A stretch of DNA of 64,000 nt from Phallusia mammillata (Eukaryota): NCBI GenBank assembly GCA_965637545.1, contig OZ281498.1, forward strand, positions 20,956,001 to 21,020,000. Direction: 5' to 3'. Under the pieces are notes generated by a model, which worked only from the letters and a program-made list of their open reading frames with translations, did not search any database and was not told the DNA's origin. The translations under genes and the position numbers were made by a program. Below, in pieces: positions 11,701 to 23,500 of the stretch. Within the stretch, counting starts at the first letter, position 1, and each line of letters starts with the position of its first letter.

Positions 11701-14349
11701 TTATGTGGTGTTTGATAAAAAAAAATGTCACACTGTCGAAATACAGTAACTACAAAAAGCTAAGATGATCCTCTTAGATATGGATAGGCCTAAAACTTCT
11801 GTATAACTGTATGCCGCATTTTTTCCTAAACGTAATGAGAAATTTTGAAGTGACGTCAAATAGATTATTATGAGACGTCAACCATTTTCACCTTTTATGT
11901 ATACCGCATTTTGCCTAAAAAAATAAGTATAATTTGCAGTGAAACCGTTTCGTGTTACATCAGCGACAGCAGCACTCAAATAAAATCAGCTTTTTAATTT
12001 TTTTTTCCCCACAAATATTATTTTCAAATATTTTACTTTGAATTTATTTTTGACAGCTATTTCTGACGAGTGTCCCCAAACTTGCCACAAAGACGGATTA
12101 TGTCTTCGATCCACCATCGGTTTCTCGCAATGCGTTTGCAAATTGGGATACGACGGCGACGGAATACGTCAATGCACACGTACGTATTTCATACTGTTAT
12201 ATTTGGTTCTATTTGAATAAGGAAAATGTGATGCTATCATAACACAAACTTGCTAAACATAAGTAAGTAAATAAATCTTTCTATTTCAAATATGTTTAAG
12301 GCACTTTCGCAAATGGTTTTAAAATGCATTTCAATACTTCATGGGTCCACCATTAAAAGACAATGTTTAACTAAGCGCTCATTGCAAAATGTCAATCTTG
12401 CATGTATGACCAATTTAAAAATACATTTAAGTGAAACTAGTCACTTTTTGCAGCCGATTCGCCAACAGTACTAAACACTGTTCCTCCCGTATCTGCTGTG
12501 TGCAATCCAACTTGTGGACAAAATGCATTTTGCAACGCCGGGCGGTGTCAATGCCTCGACAACCATGTTGGAAATGGATTTAACTGCGTTCGTAAGTACA
12601 ATACTTCTATTATTGATTAACAAGTGATGGAATACTGGTGTACGGGCCTTTTAAGAAAAAAATTACCATCAAACCAGTTTATCATTATGATTTGCTAGAA
12701 GCGCAAAGCCTATTTATATAAAAGTCTATTGATGTTTTGCATTACCATTTCGCTGAAGCTGTAATTATTATTTTTGCTTATTACTGTTTGTGGGACTTGT
12801 TTTGAAATAAATTGTTTTTTAATAATGTGCAAGGAAGTTTAACTAAACAAAACATTCAATTTTTTTAGCGCTTAGCTCGATCACTGACTTGGGTCCGCCA
12901 CCGTCAGAATGCAACCCTGATTGTACAGACAACGCTGAATGCGTAAAGTCCGATGACCGCTACGTATGTCAGTGCAAAAGCGGATACGTAGGCAACGGAA
13001 TAACCTGCCGAATCTGTGAGTCTAAAAAGGCTACCAAATATAAAATAACCATTTGTCTGACAAATCGTTGCAAAGATACCGAATTAGTATGAATAACAAG
13101 AACGTATTCCAGTGGTTTACAACCTTTGTAGTTCATGGTCCCATAAAGTAACCCTTAAGAGCCCGTTCTATCAAAAATGTAACAGGTAAACTTGTGAAAC
13201 CTAAAGTCATGGGTCATGTCGGTAATCACGACACCTTATTTAACACGAAAATGCCTAAAAAGGTAATTTTGACAACACGAAGGTGTTTAAGTTGGGTCCC
13301 TAAAACACCTGTATATAAATCACTGTCACTATATTTATTGTTGGCCGCCAGGAAACACTCCCTTTTGGGGGTCATAGGCTCCGGTTTGGAAACTCTGCCC
13401 TAAACGTTAAGGAAGATTTTTTAGCCATTGCCGTTTTATGATAATAGCTCTTTTGCCTGAGAGATCAATTAATATATGCCTGCTGGTTACATTGAAAGTA
13501 TACCTTGTTAATTTGTACTTTTTCTCTTTTACAGCCCCCAACGCAATAGCTGACCCAGTCGACCAACCCCAACCCCTACCGCCCCAAATAACACAGCCCC
13601 AGCCCCAACCCCAACCTCAAGCGGATCGAAACGACAACTGTGACGGTCGATGTCACGATAGAGGTTATTGTTTTACCTACAGGTCAAAATCAGAATGCCG
13701 ATGTCATCGTCCGTACACGGGAAATGGCTTTTACTGCTCCAGTAAGAAGAATTTATTTTGATGAAAGGCATAAAACGCCATACCTTATGACAGACCCACA
13801 TTTAGCTAATTTCGATAGGTAGCGCAAAAGCATTTTTACCCATTTAAAACGATATCTGTAAAAGTGATCACGGTTAGGACTTTTAGGGTCGGGGTAAAGT
13901 ATAAGCTTTAAAATTTGAATAAAGCTAGCAATGGAACTTAGTTCCTAATAGAAGTTTTTTAAAAACTTACATCCTAACCCTTTCCTTCTTCAGATGCTAA
14001 ATAAATAATTCAGCTCTTTGCGCTACCTCGAAAACTAGCTATAAATGTGGGTCTGCCGTGAAGTAAGGTGTGAGTAGCTCTACCTTATTTTGTAACCACT
14101 GTCAAAGAGTTGATGTAGTCTATTGGATTTTATAATGACAACTATACTTGACAATTTATTTATTTGGGTTAGCAAAATTTTCAGTACAAATTTTGTGAAT
14201 TTTATCGACGAATTTTGTTTTAATGTTTCGCAGACCAAATGGATTATAGATGCAGATCGGAAAATAATGGAGAAGGCTGTAAAGAAAGTGAAGTATGTCG
14301 ATTTAACGGATTTCGCTTCAGATGTTACATATGGCGTCGTCCTTTTTAA
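5713..14349 (+). CDS. Secreted multi-EGF-repeat protein (signal peptide, 12 EGF-like domains, 4-Cys tail), about 660 aa, 14 coding exons
   Basis: Exons read by hand, all introns GT-AG and phase 1: 5713-5863 (MRSSFVATCCLLLCAVTSSTAQF..., hydrophobic signal-peptide-like start), 7508-7672, 7786-7923, 8372-8497, 9001-9141, 9676-9816, 10504-10644, 11110-11238, 11568-11687, 12057-12179, 12454-12591, 12869-13015, 13535-13741, 14234-14349 (TAA). Exons 2-13 each encode one 6-Cys module of the type C-x3-C-x5-C-x(4-10)-C-x-C-x2-G[FY]xG[DN]GxxC (EGF_3-like), preceded by a Pro/Thr/Val-rich linker. The joined CDS is 1983 nt and open. No transmembrane segment is visible. Confidence 0.88.
6020..6220 (-). mobile_element. 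Possible decayed LINE reverse-transcriptase fragment
   Basis: Minus-strand translation FIAVFGFDKACDTGHYRGL...NGLPKLL resembles the LINE RT motif AVFLDxxKAFDxVxHxGL. The segment is locally GC-rich inside an AT-rich intron. Confidence 0.3.
6348..6416 (+). mobile_element. Possible CR1/L2-type LINE ORF2 C-terminal remnant
   Basis: LPDYTTLKEANNLDAFRKLLDF* resembles the LPxxvxxAxslxxFKxxLD tail of CR1/L2 ORF2. Short match only. Confidence 0.25.
6762..6956. mobile_element. MITE, copy 1 (near-identical copy at 63017-63197)
   Basis: Terminal inverted repeats CAGGGTTTTTTAAGG ... CCTTAAAAAAAAACACTG. Long identical stretches are shared with 63017-63197. Confidence 0.8.
8660..8915. mobile_element. hAT-type MITE
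   Basis: CAGTGGTTCCCAACC ... GGTGGAAACCACTG termini. The flanking 8-mers CTATAGAA/CTTTAAAA are an imperfect target-site duplication. Confidence 0.65.
10205..10415 (+). mobile_element. 5'-truncated tRNA-derived SINE
   Basis: GACTCCCGTCGTGGGTTCGAGTCCTAGCGCAGGCTAGAC matches the 3' half (B box) of the tRNA-like element at 31771-31843. It is followed by a body whose tail (GCATGAACGCTTTAG...GTGTG) recurs near 36320-36370. Confidence 0.6.
13778..14072. mobile_element. MITE in the last coding intron of the EGF gene
   Basis: About 55-bp imperfect inverted termini (ACCTTA..CAGACCCACATTT..AGCTA.TTTCGA..GGTAGCGCAAA / reverse complement at about 14015-14072) with internal GGTTAGG/CCTAACC arms. Confidence 0.7.
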
Positions 14350-14736
14350 GGTACGTATAATGACACATTATAGACCTGTAAGTTTTATAAACATTTATGC
14401 TCCGCCAAATCAGTTCATGATCGTGAAAATAGCTACTTAAGAAAAAGTTACACAAAAAGAAGCAATGCGCTAAATCAGAGTGCTTTAAATTCTGGCCTGT
14501 AGCTTATGTGCGGCCCGCAAACACTTTTTACATACAATTATCAAATCAATTCAAGTAGCCACAGCCTAACGCTCATCATCACATTGCTGCTCAATGTGTA
14601 TCTCATTTAGTAATACTCTTTAGTTGTGAGAGTAGATTTTAAAGATTTTCGTTTTTAAATCTTTTCAAAACATGTTTGCAATTTTTTGAAATTTTAGAAA
14701 GCAGTTCCTGAAATTAAAAATCTCTTTTGGTTGCAG

Positions 14737-14880
14737 GATTTAAGGCAAGAAGTTGATACCAGTTCGTTTGTTCCACTACATTTTGTTGTACATTTGTCTG
14801 GATTTTCTGAAGGGCATCTCTCCGTCACTTAATTTGTGTGTATTTATGTATGTGGAGATGCACAAATAAATAAATAATAA
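14737..14880 (+). other. Probable 3' UTR exon of the EGF-repeat gene
   Basis: Donor G|GTACGT at 14350/14351 lies 1 nt after the stop. Acceptor TTGCAG| at 14736. AATAAA at 14865-14870. Confidence 0.45.
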
Positions 14881-15296
14881 ACGAAAAAATCGTTGTGGCT
14901 GTTAGCAAAGATGATGAAACAGTTTTGGCCATTTAGTTTTCAGTATTTTAATATTTTTTTAATATTGTATTTTAATATATGCTCAATAGACAAATACGGT
15001 TTTAAATACTTCTCCAAAACGAAACCCAACAGTATAAAATATTTGAAGTTAAAAGCTTTACCTCAAGTGCTTTACCTTACTTAATGTAGTGAAACAAAAA
15101 CGATTGCGAAAATGAATAACCTTGGAACGGATTTTGATTTAAGTTTTTCTAAAAATCAAGAAAAACATTACTGCCTTTGCAGTTTGCACCCCCAAATAAA
15201 CACAAAAAAATATCATGGTTCTGGACTTGTGTATGATTGTAGCCAGCAGGAAATATTTGTGCGCAAAATTCCTGAACGATCAAAATTGTTTGAATG

Positions 15297-15310
15297 GTTG
15301 CCACGGAGCT
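15297..15310 (+). promoter_or_regulatory. Candidate RFX X-box upstream of IFT88
   Basis: GTTGCCACGGAGCT has a perfect GTTGCC half-site and a degenerate second half, about 310 nt upstream of the ATG. IFT88/osm-5 is a known RFX/DAF-19 target in other animals. Confidence 0.4.
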
Positions 15311-15606
15311 TTTGCTGCTGGATTTACAAATTATAGCAGTAACTGTCGCAAACTTAAAGAAAGCATTAGCAGTGACACAGAAAGGATTAAATTAAAAATG
15401 ATTTGCGTATTTTTAATGTATATTGGTGTGTGTTTTTAAGTTAAATTGTCTTTTTTAAAGCAACTTTTCCCAAGTTATATTGTTTTCGTTACAAAAATAG
15501 TTTTGTCAGTTTTACATTTTACAGATGTTAAAAACGTAGACCTTTGGTGTAGTAAGAGTCTAAAGAAACATTTACCGTATCAGTAAAGCATTCTAAGTTC
15601 AGCAAA

Positions 15607-18600
15607 ATGGCCGGTTTGTCAAACGTTCATCTTGCGACAGAGGACGAAAACGATGACATGTACTCCGGTTTCAATGAATACAACCCAATGTTTGATACTT
15701 CGAACATTGCTGAAGATGAAGGTTTTATCAATGCTGTAAAAACTAGCCATGGAAGGCGACCACCCATGACTATGGTACGAGGCGCTGGAGGAAAACCACC
15801 ACCAACTGGAAGTTTTCGACAGAATCTTGCATCGTCAATGGGGAGGGTTCCATCAGAAGGAGAAGTCGGGCCTAGGCCAATGACTTCAGTTAGTGGTGCA
15901 GGGTTTTCTTCCAACAAACGAAATGTGATTGGAGGGGCAGCATTTGACCCCCTTAACCAGGCAAACCGTGGCATTACTGGGGCTGCCCCTGCGCTTGAAA
16001 CTTTAGAGGAAGGTTCTCCTGAGGAAAAGATCAAAGCAATGGAACGTAACATTGGAGAGCTGATTGAACAAAGTGCTATTGCCAATAGTAAGGGTGATTT
16101 CGTGACGGCAACTGAAAAGGCAAAAGAAGCAGGAAAGAAGGAACGACAGCTGGTTCGGCAGCGTGAACAAGCTGGCTTAAGTGAGGGTATCAGCCCTGAT
16201 CTTACATATTCTGTCCTATTTAATCTTGCATGTCAATATGAAGCCAATGAAATGTATCCAGAGGCTCTGAATACCTACAATGTGATCGTGAAGAACAAAA
16301 TGTTTCAGCTGTCTGGTAGAATCAAAGTAAACATGGGAAACATCTACTTTAAGCAGGACAACCTTCCAAAGGCCATTAAGTATTACAGAATGGCACTGGA
16401 CCAGGTCCCGAATACACACAAAGAAATTCGCATAAGGATTATGCAAAACATTGGTGCTGTATTTGTTAAAATGGGACAGTACAATGATGCAGTAACTTCA
16501 TATGAGCACATAATGAATGAAAAACCAGATTTCCAAAGTGGGCTCAACCTTATCTTATGTTACTTTGCTCTTGGTGATAAGGACAAGATGGAAAAGTCTT
16601 TTCTCAAACTGTTATCCGTGAACTTAGGTATTGATGATGAAGATAAGTACAATGCAACCACTGAAAATACACAGGAAAGTATATTTCTTGATGCAATTCG
16701 CAATGACAGCTTACGGCAACTAGAGAGAAAGAGAAAGTTAATTGCAGAGCGATGTATTCTCACAGCTGCTAAAGTAATAGCTCCAGCCATCAAATCAACA
16801 TTCTCTGAGGGTTTTGATTGGTGTGTTGAACAAGTCAAGTCTTCTTCATACCATGACCTTGCTAATGATCTTGAAATTCACAAGGCTCTCTTGTATCTTA
16901 AAGAACGGGATTTCAGTCAAGCTGTAAGCATTCTGAAAACTTTTGAGAAGAAAGACACTCAGGTGAAGTCGCAAGCAGCAACAAACTTGTCATTTATTTA
17001 CTTCTTGCAAGGGAACTTTGAAAACGCCAGAAGGTATGCTGATGCGGCTGTGAAGGCTGATCGCTTTAATGCATCATCCCTAACCAACAAAGCAAACTGT
17101 CTTTATAAGGACGGTGACCCTGAAGGTGCAATCATGTTGTACAAAGAAGCATTAGAGAATGATTCCACATGTCATGAGGCTCTTTACAATTTGGGACTGG
17201 TTTACAAGAAGCTTAACAATCTAGACCAGTCTTTGGATTGCTTTACCAAGTTGCACAGCATTGTGAGAAACAACTCTCAAGTTATGTTGCATATATCAAT
17301 ACTCTATGAAATGATGGAAGACTATTCTCAAGCTATGGAATGGCTAATGCAATGTAGCGGAGTCACACATACAGGTAACCTTTTTCTTACAAAAATCTGC
17401 AGGTTATATGTTTAGGCTATAAGACTCACAAGACTGTAAAACCATTATGATGTAATTATTCTTTGCCAAGTAGTTATAAATGGTTAAATGATCATACCCA
17501 TGGTGTACAAAAAAAGGCAAAACAAGTCTTTGATTTTGTTGCTTGGCATTAAGGCTTGGGTTTAGACAACTTTGACAGCAATAGGAAAACAACTTTATAT
17601 CGTTTAAACAACTTTATATCAATACGTTTTTTTTTTAGATGCCAATGTCCTTGTTCGTATGGCGGACATTTGCGAGCATGATGATGGGGGTGAACAATCT
17701 CAAGCTTTTGCATATCGCAACGATGCATATCGTCTCTTCCCTGCTGACATCAATAATGTCAACTGGCTTGGGTCATATTATGTCAATTCACAGTTTTCAG
17801 AAAAAGCTATAAAGTATTATGAGCGTGCCGCTGTGATTCAACCAAATGAAGTGCGCTGGCAAATTATGGTGGCAAGCTGCTATAGAAGGAGTGGAAATTA
17901 CCAAGGTGCTTTCGAAAAGTACAAACAAATTCATACCAAATTTCCAGACAATGTGGAATGTTTGAAATATCTCAATCGCCTGTGTTCTGATTTGGGACTG
18001 ACAGCAGAATTGCAGGTAATTATTTTGACTGGCAAAATAGTTGTTTGCATGTAAATCAATCTATTTGACATATGAAAAGATTTATATCAGTAAATAGTTT
18101 AAAACTTGTATTTATGTTATTACTGAAAATGAAATATGGCTTTTTGTTTAGGAATATGCCAACAAGTTGAGAAAGGCAGAAAAGGCCCAAGAAATAAAAT
18201 TGCAGCGCGCTGAAAGTGCAACGAGGCGCAACAAGGCCCAAAATGCTGGTAAGTCAAACATTTACTTATCTAACCTAATACACTGTATGGTAAACTCAAT
18301 CAAACTCCAAAAAATTTTGTTTAAGGAACAAGTCTTAGGAATAGCTTATTAGTCCATGAAATAATGAAACAGAATATTTTTGCCATTTTTACAGGGAGTG
18401 CAGACAGTTCCAGTCGCGACAACAGCGCCAGTGGTGGTTCAGCCAGACAGCGAAGAGTAATAACCGAGCTTACTGACAGTGAACAAAACTCAAGACAAAA
18501 TGTTGATGCATCTTACAGTGACCCGCTTGGGCCCAGTATGGACCGTCCAAAAACTGCTGCCCGGCAACGAACAGATGGTAATGACGATTTTGATGACATC

Positions 18601-18630
18601 ATTGTTGATGAGAATTTACTTCCAGATTGA
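15607..18630 (+). CDS. IFT88: Intraflagellar transport protein 88 (TPR-repeat IFT-B subunit), 825 aa, 4 exons
   Basis: Exons 15607-17374, 17639-18015, 18152-18248 and 18395-18630 (phases 1, 0, 1; all GT-AG) join to 2478 nt, open. Characteristic IFT88 segments: RPMTSVSGAGFSS, DLTYSVLFNLA, EALNTYNVIVKNKMF, NMGNIYFKQ...AIKYYRMALDQVP, YYRRSGNYQ and the acidic C-terminus DPLGP..RPKTAAR...DDFDD...LLPD. Confidence 0.97.
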
Positions 18631-19149
18631 GTTTGTGTCATAAAAAATGTTATGTGAATAAAGTGCATATATGGTGCTATATATTTATAATTTGATTTTT
18701 TGTACAATTGACATGTGCTTAAAAGTAATTCTGTATGACACAATGAGTTAATGTAAATACATAAAAGCACATTTCAAAACCTTGGAACTGAATTGTTGTG
18801 TGTTTGTTTTAACCAAAGCTTTTCTTTTGTATCATTGTGATATTCGCCACAAGCACTGTTATCTGCTCATATTTTTTGTCGGTTATGGTTGTGTATGCTT
18901 GTTATTTGTACGTTAGCGTCTAAATAAAGAGTCTATTTTACTGTTATCAACCGAGTCGTTTCTTGTGACACCCTAAACTACCAAAAATAATGCAAAATTT
19001 GGTTGGAATAAGTGTTGTTACCATGGTACTATGAACTGGACGAAACTGTTTTGGTAAGTCCGTAAAGCAATTTAGTTGGTTATAGAGTAGCGAGTCATCG
19101 ATTAGACGCGATCTATTGATACTTTGATAGCGTGTGTCGCACAAGAAAA

Positions 19150-19272
19150 GAACAAATGAGCTAACAGGCCATAGTCGAATCACCTGCCTCGTAAGCTACC
19201 CACATCGAATCCGGAGTAGCCTACGGAACCGCCAGTTCGACTATTAGATGAACACACACACACACATACATG
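19150..19272 (-). repeat. Repeat/SINE tail remnant with (CA)n microsatellite
   Basis: GC-richer patch ending in an (AC)n run at about 19252-19270, in the IFT88-ARFGEF intergenic region. Confidence 0.3.
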
Positions 19273-20569
19273 TAAGAGATCTGTTGTTACCAAAGCTTAA
19301 AAAAAATAGTATTTCCCTTTTTTGTGGAACAGTATAGGCTACCAAACCCAGCATACTTAAGTGAAGCACCCAGCGTTAAAACCAATTAGGCTCGACAACG
19401 AATAACCATTTCAGTGGCTGTGCTTTGCCCCGAACCTGTGTAACTCACCTGGTATCAAGCAATAGTTCGGTTGTAGTGGAAAGGTGCGGTGGCGACGCGA
19501 CTTACTGAATACTTTTATTATACTTTCATATATAATTTGAATTACACCACAGACGTGTACCTACTAACAACAATAATATTGACAATTGCCAAGCGATGAC
19601 GTCACAGACAGCCTGCATTAGGGGTGTGACGTCACGGACTCGAAACGTCATCGCAGTGACGTCACAATGCACTGGAAAGCGAACGAAACAGCACAATTAC
19701 GCAAAAAATACACAAATAAATATGAAAGAAAAACGTTTAGAACGGATTTTTTTACATTTTAACAATCCATCTTTTTGCATGTTCGTCAGTATTTGCTACC
19801 AAAAGCTTTTGTGGTCTCTACCTTGTCTCGTCTTGCAGCTGAATAAGAGCATTTTGCGCAAAACAGACGGATAAAATACAAGATGCTTTGGCAAAAAGTA
19901 TATCAAGAGGAGTTTTTTGATTGACTGCATTCATGTCAAGATTGCACAACACGTTCCTTCCAAACATATTTTCATCAATACAACAACATTTTGTGGCTAA
20001 ACAAAGAGTTTGAATCCTGCAAAATAAAAAGCACCGGTCCCTTTGATGGGGACCCAACATTCCATACGGTTTTCACAATTGATTTGAGTCATTTTTCATC
20101 GCCTAAAATCCAATACTCCAAAATCATCTAACGTTGCATAGGAAAACCGAAAACGATTTTTTTTCTTGGAAAGCTCACAGAAATTCCATGTATCGTTGTG
20201 AATATTTTACACAATTCAGTAGCAGCTTTCAAAATATCCTCCAAATTCCCGACAAAAAATCGGGAAAATCTGTTAAATTTTTCAGCAAAAATCTGCTGAA
20301 AATTAGGTATTGGATTGGTCACTGCCAATAGGGTTAGAACAACCCCCATTGACCAAGATTTTTAACAAATAAAAAGTTATTTATCTAACGTTTTATAAAC
20401 GACATTGAATTCTACCTAAACACCAATGGCTTATTTTGCATCAGTAACAATATTTTTTTCTAGAAATTTCTGTGCAGGGATCGAGCTATAGGAAGCAAGC
20501 CATATTATTTCGGCATGATGCGTCATCAATAAGGTTGCATTCTGGTGCAGATGAATTGGACATTGACGT

Positions 20570-23500
20570 CTACGATGCAGTGTTACATCGAACAAAGTAT
20601 TTTCGAAGTAGAAAGCGAACTTCTGGTTTTACATCGAACAGCAGAAGGTCACACAGGGGCTGGTGAAGATCATTGGAAAGAAGGATAAACTGTAAAAACA
20701 AATACATTTGTTTATTTCATTTTTGTCCTCGGTGGGCGGGAAACGCATTAATGCTTGATGATCACAATGAGTCCGCCGTCGAACTGTCAGGGTTGCGCTA
20801 AGCACTTTTGTTAGATTTTTTTGTTATTACTTCCACTTAAATACATTCGCAATTTAAGACTTCGAAATATCGCCTCGTGGATATTTGTTTTCAAACATAT
20901 TTGCTCGCTTAACTGAACAAAAAGTGTGTTGAACAATAAACCATCCACATTTTACCAAAAGCCCAGACTGGCGACAACCAGGCTGGTGCAGATCACCTTG
21001 CTCGTTATTTCAACAGAAATTACCTTTTCTTTGGGAAGCCGCAGAAGTCTTGTCAGCAAGAGCAATAGAATATTTGTCCAAGCATCTCGATGGGATTCAG
21101 TTGAGATTGTGGAAAAGTATTTCAAAGCCACTTGACAAGTTCTATACGTATAATAAAAATATATTTTCTATTTTAAAATAAAGAAGTTAAAAGTTAAAAA
21201 TATACTTGATTCGATTTGATAAGATGTGGACGTATTTTTTGTGGAAATCAAAGGATTGAGTGTATAACTCAAACTGTCTAGTTAAATGAAGCACTTAACA
21301 CAAGGAAAAGGAAACTTAAGTCCAAGTTATGGGGCAGACTCTAAGTGGAAAAATCGAGACTTAAGTATGGTTTGAGGAGAAAACTCAAGTCCAAGGCAGA
21401 AGAGAGATTTAAGTCCAAATTGAGGAGAGACTCAAAGGCGAAAAAGCGACACTTGAGTTCAAGTACACTATTTTCTTAAAAAATATTACACACCTCAGTA
21501 ATATCGTTGTTGTTTTTTCAGGACAATCGACATTCTCATTTATTCTGAAGAGAATTCGCAGAGCGCATAACAAACTTGACGTTTCCTGACGAATCAGATT
21601 CGGTTTCGATTTGCCTTTGAAACCTAAACATAAAAAATCTGCTGTTAAACACAATTTTAAACCCAAAATGTTGCTAAATGTTGGAAATGTTATAGGCTTT
21701 GTCCAATTTAACGATTTACCACATGTAACTCCAGTTAAAGTAGTTGCTTTCTATATGTTGGGTTTGGCTAATTTATGCATTTTTCCCTTATGTGCCGTAT
21801 ACAGGCAAAGCCGGTTAATCGAATAATCCATTTAATTGCATATGGATCCAAGTCATTCGTAAATCCCAGTAAGGAAAAGCGACCAGTTAACCGCATAGTC
21901 CAGTTAAATGCCCCAAAAGCAAATTATATACGCAATTATCCGGATTAGTCTGTATTAGCAAATTTATGGACTAAGATAGGAAAACAATATGTGTTCCCTT
22001 CAGGAAACAGAACTCATTGTCAAAACGTTTAAACTCAATAAGCAGAATAACTTTAATAAACTCACCAGCTTTCCATAAAATCGTTCTCTGCTCGTTGTCA
22101 CAGTTGAATCGTTTCGCCATGTCATGTGACTCGTGAAGGCAGCGAACCATGACGAGCAGTTGATCTTCGGTCAGGTGCGTGAACATCTCGTCTTCGTTAC
22201 GATATTCCGCAGGAATTTCACAGCTAGGGCTCTGTAAAAACAGTCGAACAAAATCTACAAAGTGACATCTATCAAAAATTTCTTTTTTTGGAGTTGGTGG
22301 ATTTGGTAATGTTAACAGCCACACAAAACAAACTTTTATCTTCCACTTTTTACGCAAAATCTTTAAAAAGATTAAAAACCAAACTGACAAAAAGTTTGTG
22401 TTTCGTAAATATATGCCACGAAAGATGTTTCAAAAATCGCTGTTGTAATGTCTTTGCACTTTTTCAACAAAATAAATGTTCGGTCAAATTTAGCACTTGC
22501 AGTTTAAGAACATTTCGGGAAAATGTGTAACTTATTTGAGACAAGTTTTTTTTTCCGACCTTTGCAATCTCAAGATTTTTTTCATCGTCTGCTCTGGTCG
22601 TAGTAGGATAAAATAAGATGCGATCGATGCATTCAATCATTTCGGCAGTCAGTACACAGAACAACTGCAAGCGCTGTAATTCATCTGGTGCTGTAAAAAG
22701 CCAATTATAGTTTGCTACATACCATCAAAGCATTGTTTCTCGCTTTAAATTGCCCGTTTGAACTAAAAAAAATAGTTTATTTAATACCAAGAATATTTTG
22801 GCCAATTCGTTCTGAAAATATTTCTGGCCACAAAATTAAAGTTATTTTTTGCAATATTATATTTGTTAAAATCACATTAAAGGCATTAATCTATTTATGT
22901 TACTAAAGTGTTTATAAACGGGTGTGACTGATGTATAGCCTCACATCACTGATGATGGCATAAGCATTTGCGGAAACGTTTGAACAATAAAGCATGTCGC
23001 TTTTTACGTCTTTTGGGGCTGTTATGTTTCTCATTAGACATTAAAACCACTCTTTCATAACAATAAAATTCAATCTTGTCATTTTAACCTTTTGACGAAA
23101 TAACAGCCAAGTTACCGTTTTGATTCGGTTTCCACAGCAACAGTTGCTGTGGCGACACTTGTCGAAACACTTTGAGCATTGTGTCACATGACAATTTCCA
23201 GGTTGGTTCGTCAAATTTCTTGCCGTTCGAGAGAATCAGGTTTTCAAAACAGTTTACTCCAGACCTTGCAAGTTGTTCATTTTCTGACAAAAACATATAT
23301 ATATATTTTTCAATACTTTCTTTGTATTACTACTAAAAACGTTGTGTAACTAAACTTTAAAATATATTTTACAAACGTTGTTTTGCTAAACATTTTCTGA
23401 CGTGCAGAATTTATTAGTTTAAATATGACAGCAATATTGCTTAAAAGCTTGGTAAGGCTTGTTTAACATTATTTTGTTTATCATCTACTACTTACACTTT

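Noticed and set aside
13994-14004. Apparent tiny terminal exon (CTTCAG|AT GCT AAA TAA) for the EGF gene
   Set aside because: It lies inside the MITE at 13778-14072. The exon at 14234 gives a Cys-patterned C-terminus and is the better ending.
14123-14832. Phase-0 reading of 14234-14350 plus 14737-14832 is open for 70 codons (TKWIIDADRK...HLSVT*)
   Set aside because: No phase-0 donor or credible start exon feeds it and the peptide resembles nothing I recognise. It is probably a chance alternative frame.
15627-16838. Antisense ORFs of 152, 76 and 92 aa over IFT88, and similar shadow ORFs over ARFGEF and SLC10 exons
   Set aside because: They are mirror frames of real coding exons with no independent signals.
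19596-19670. Three TGACGTCA (CRE) palindromes in 70 nt, with others near 3770, 3835, 5247 and 5876
   Set aside because: The motif is scattered through the whole window, often in repeat-like context, so a specific CREB enhancer cannot be claimed.
21300-21480. Degenerate short-period repeat (GAGACTTAAGTCCAAG-like units), plus small tandem duplications near 17590, 29545, 34435 and 47220
   Set aside because: Ordinary repeat debris or slippage products with no sign of function.
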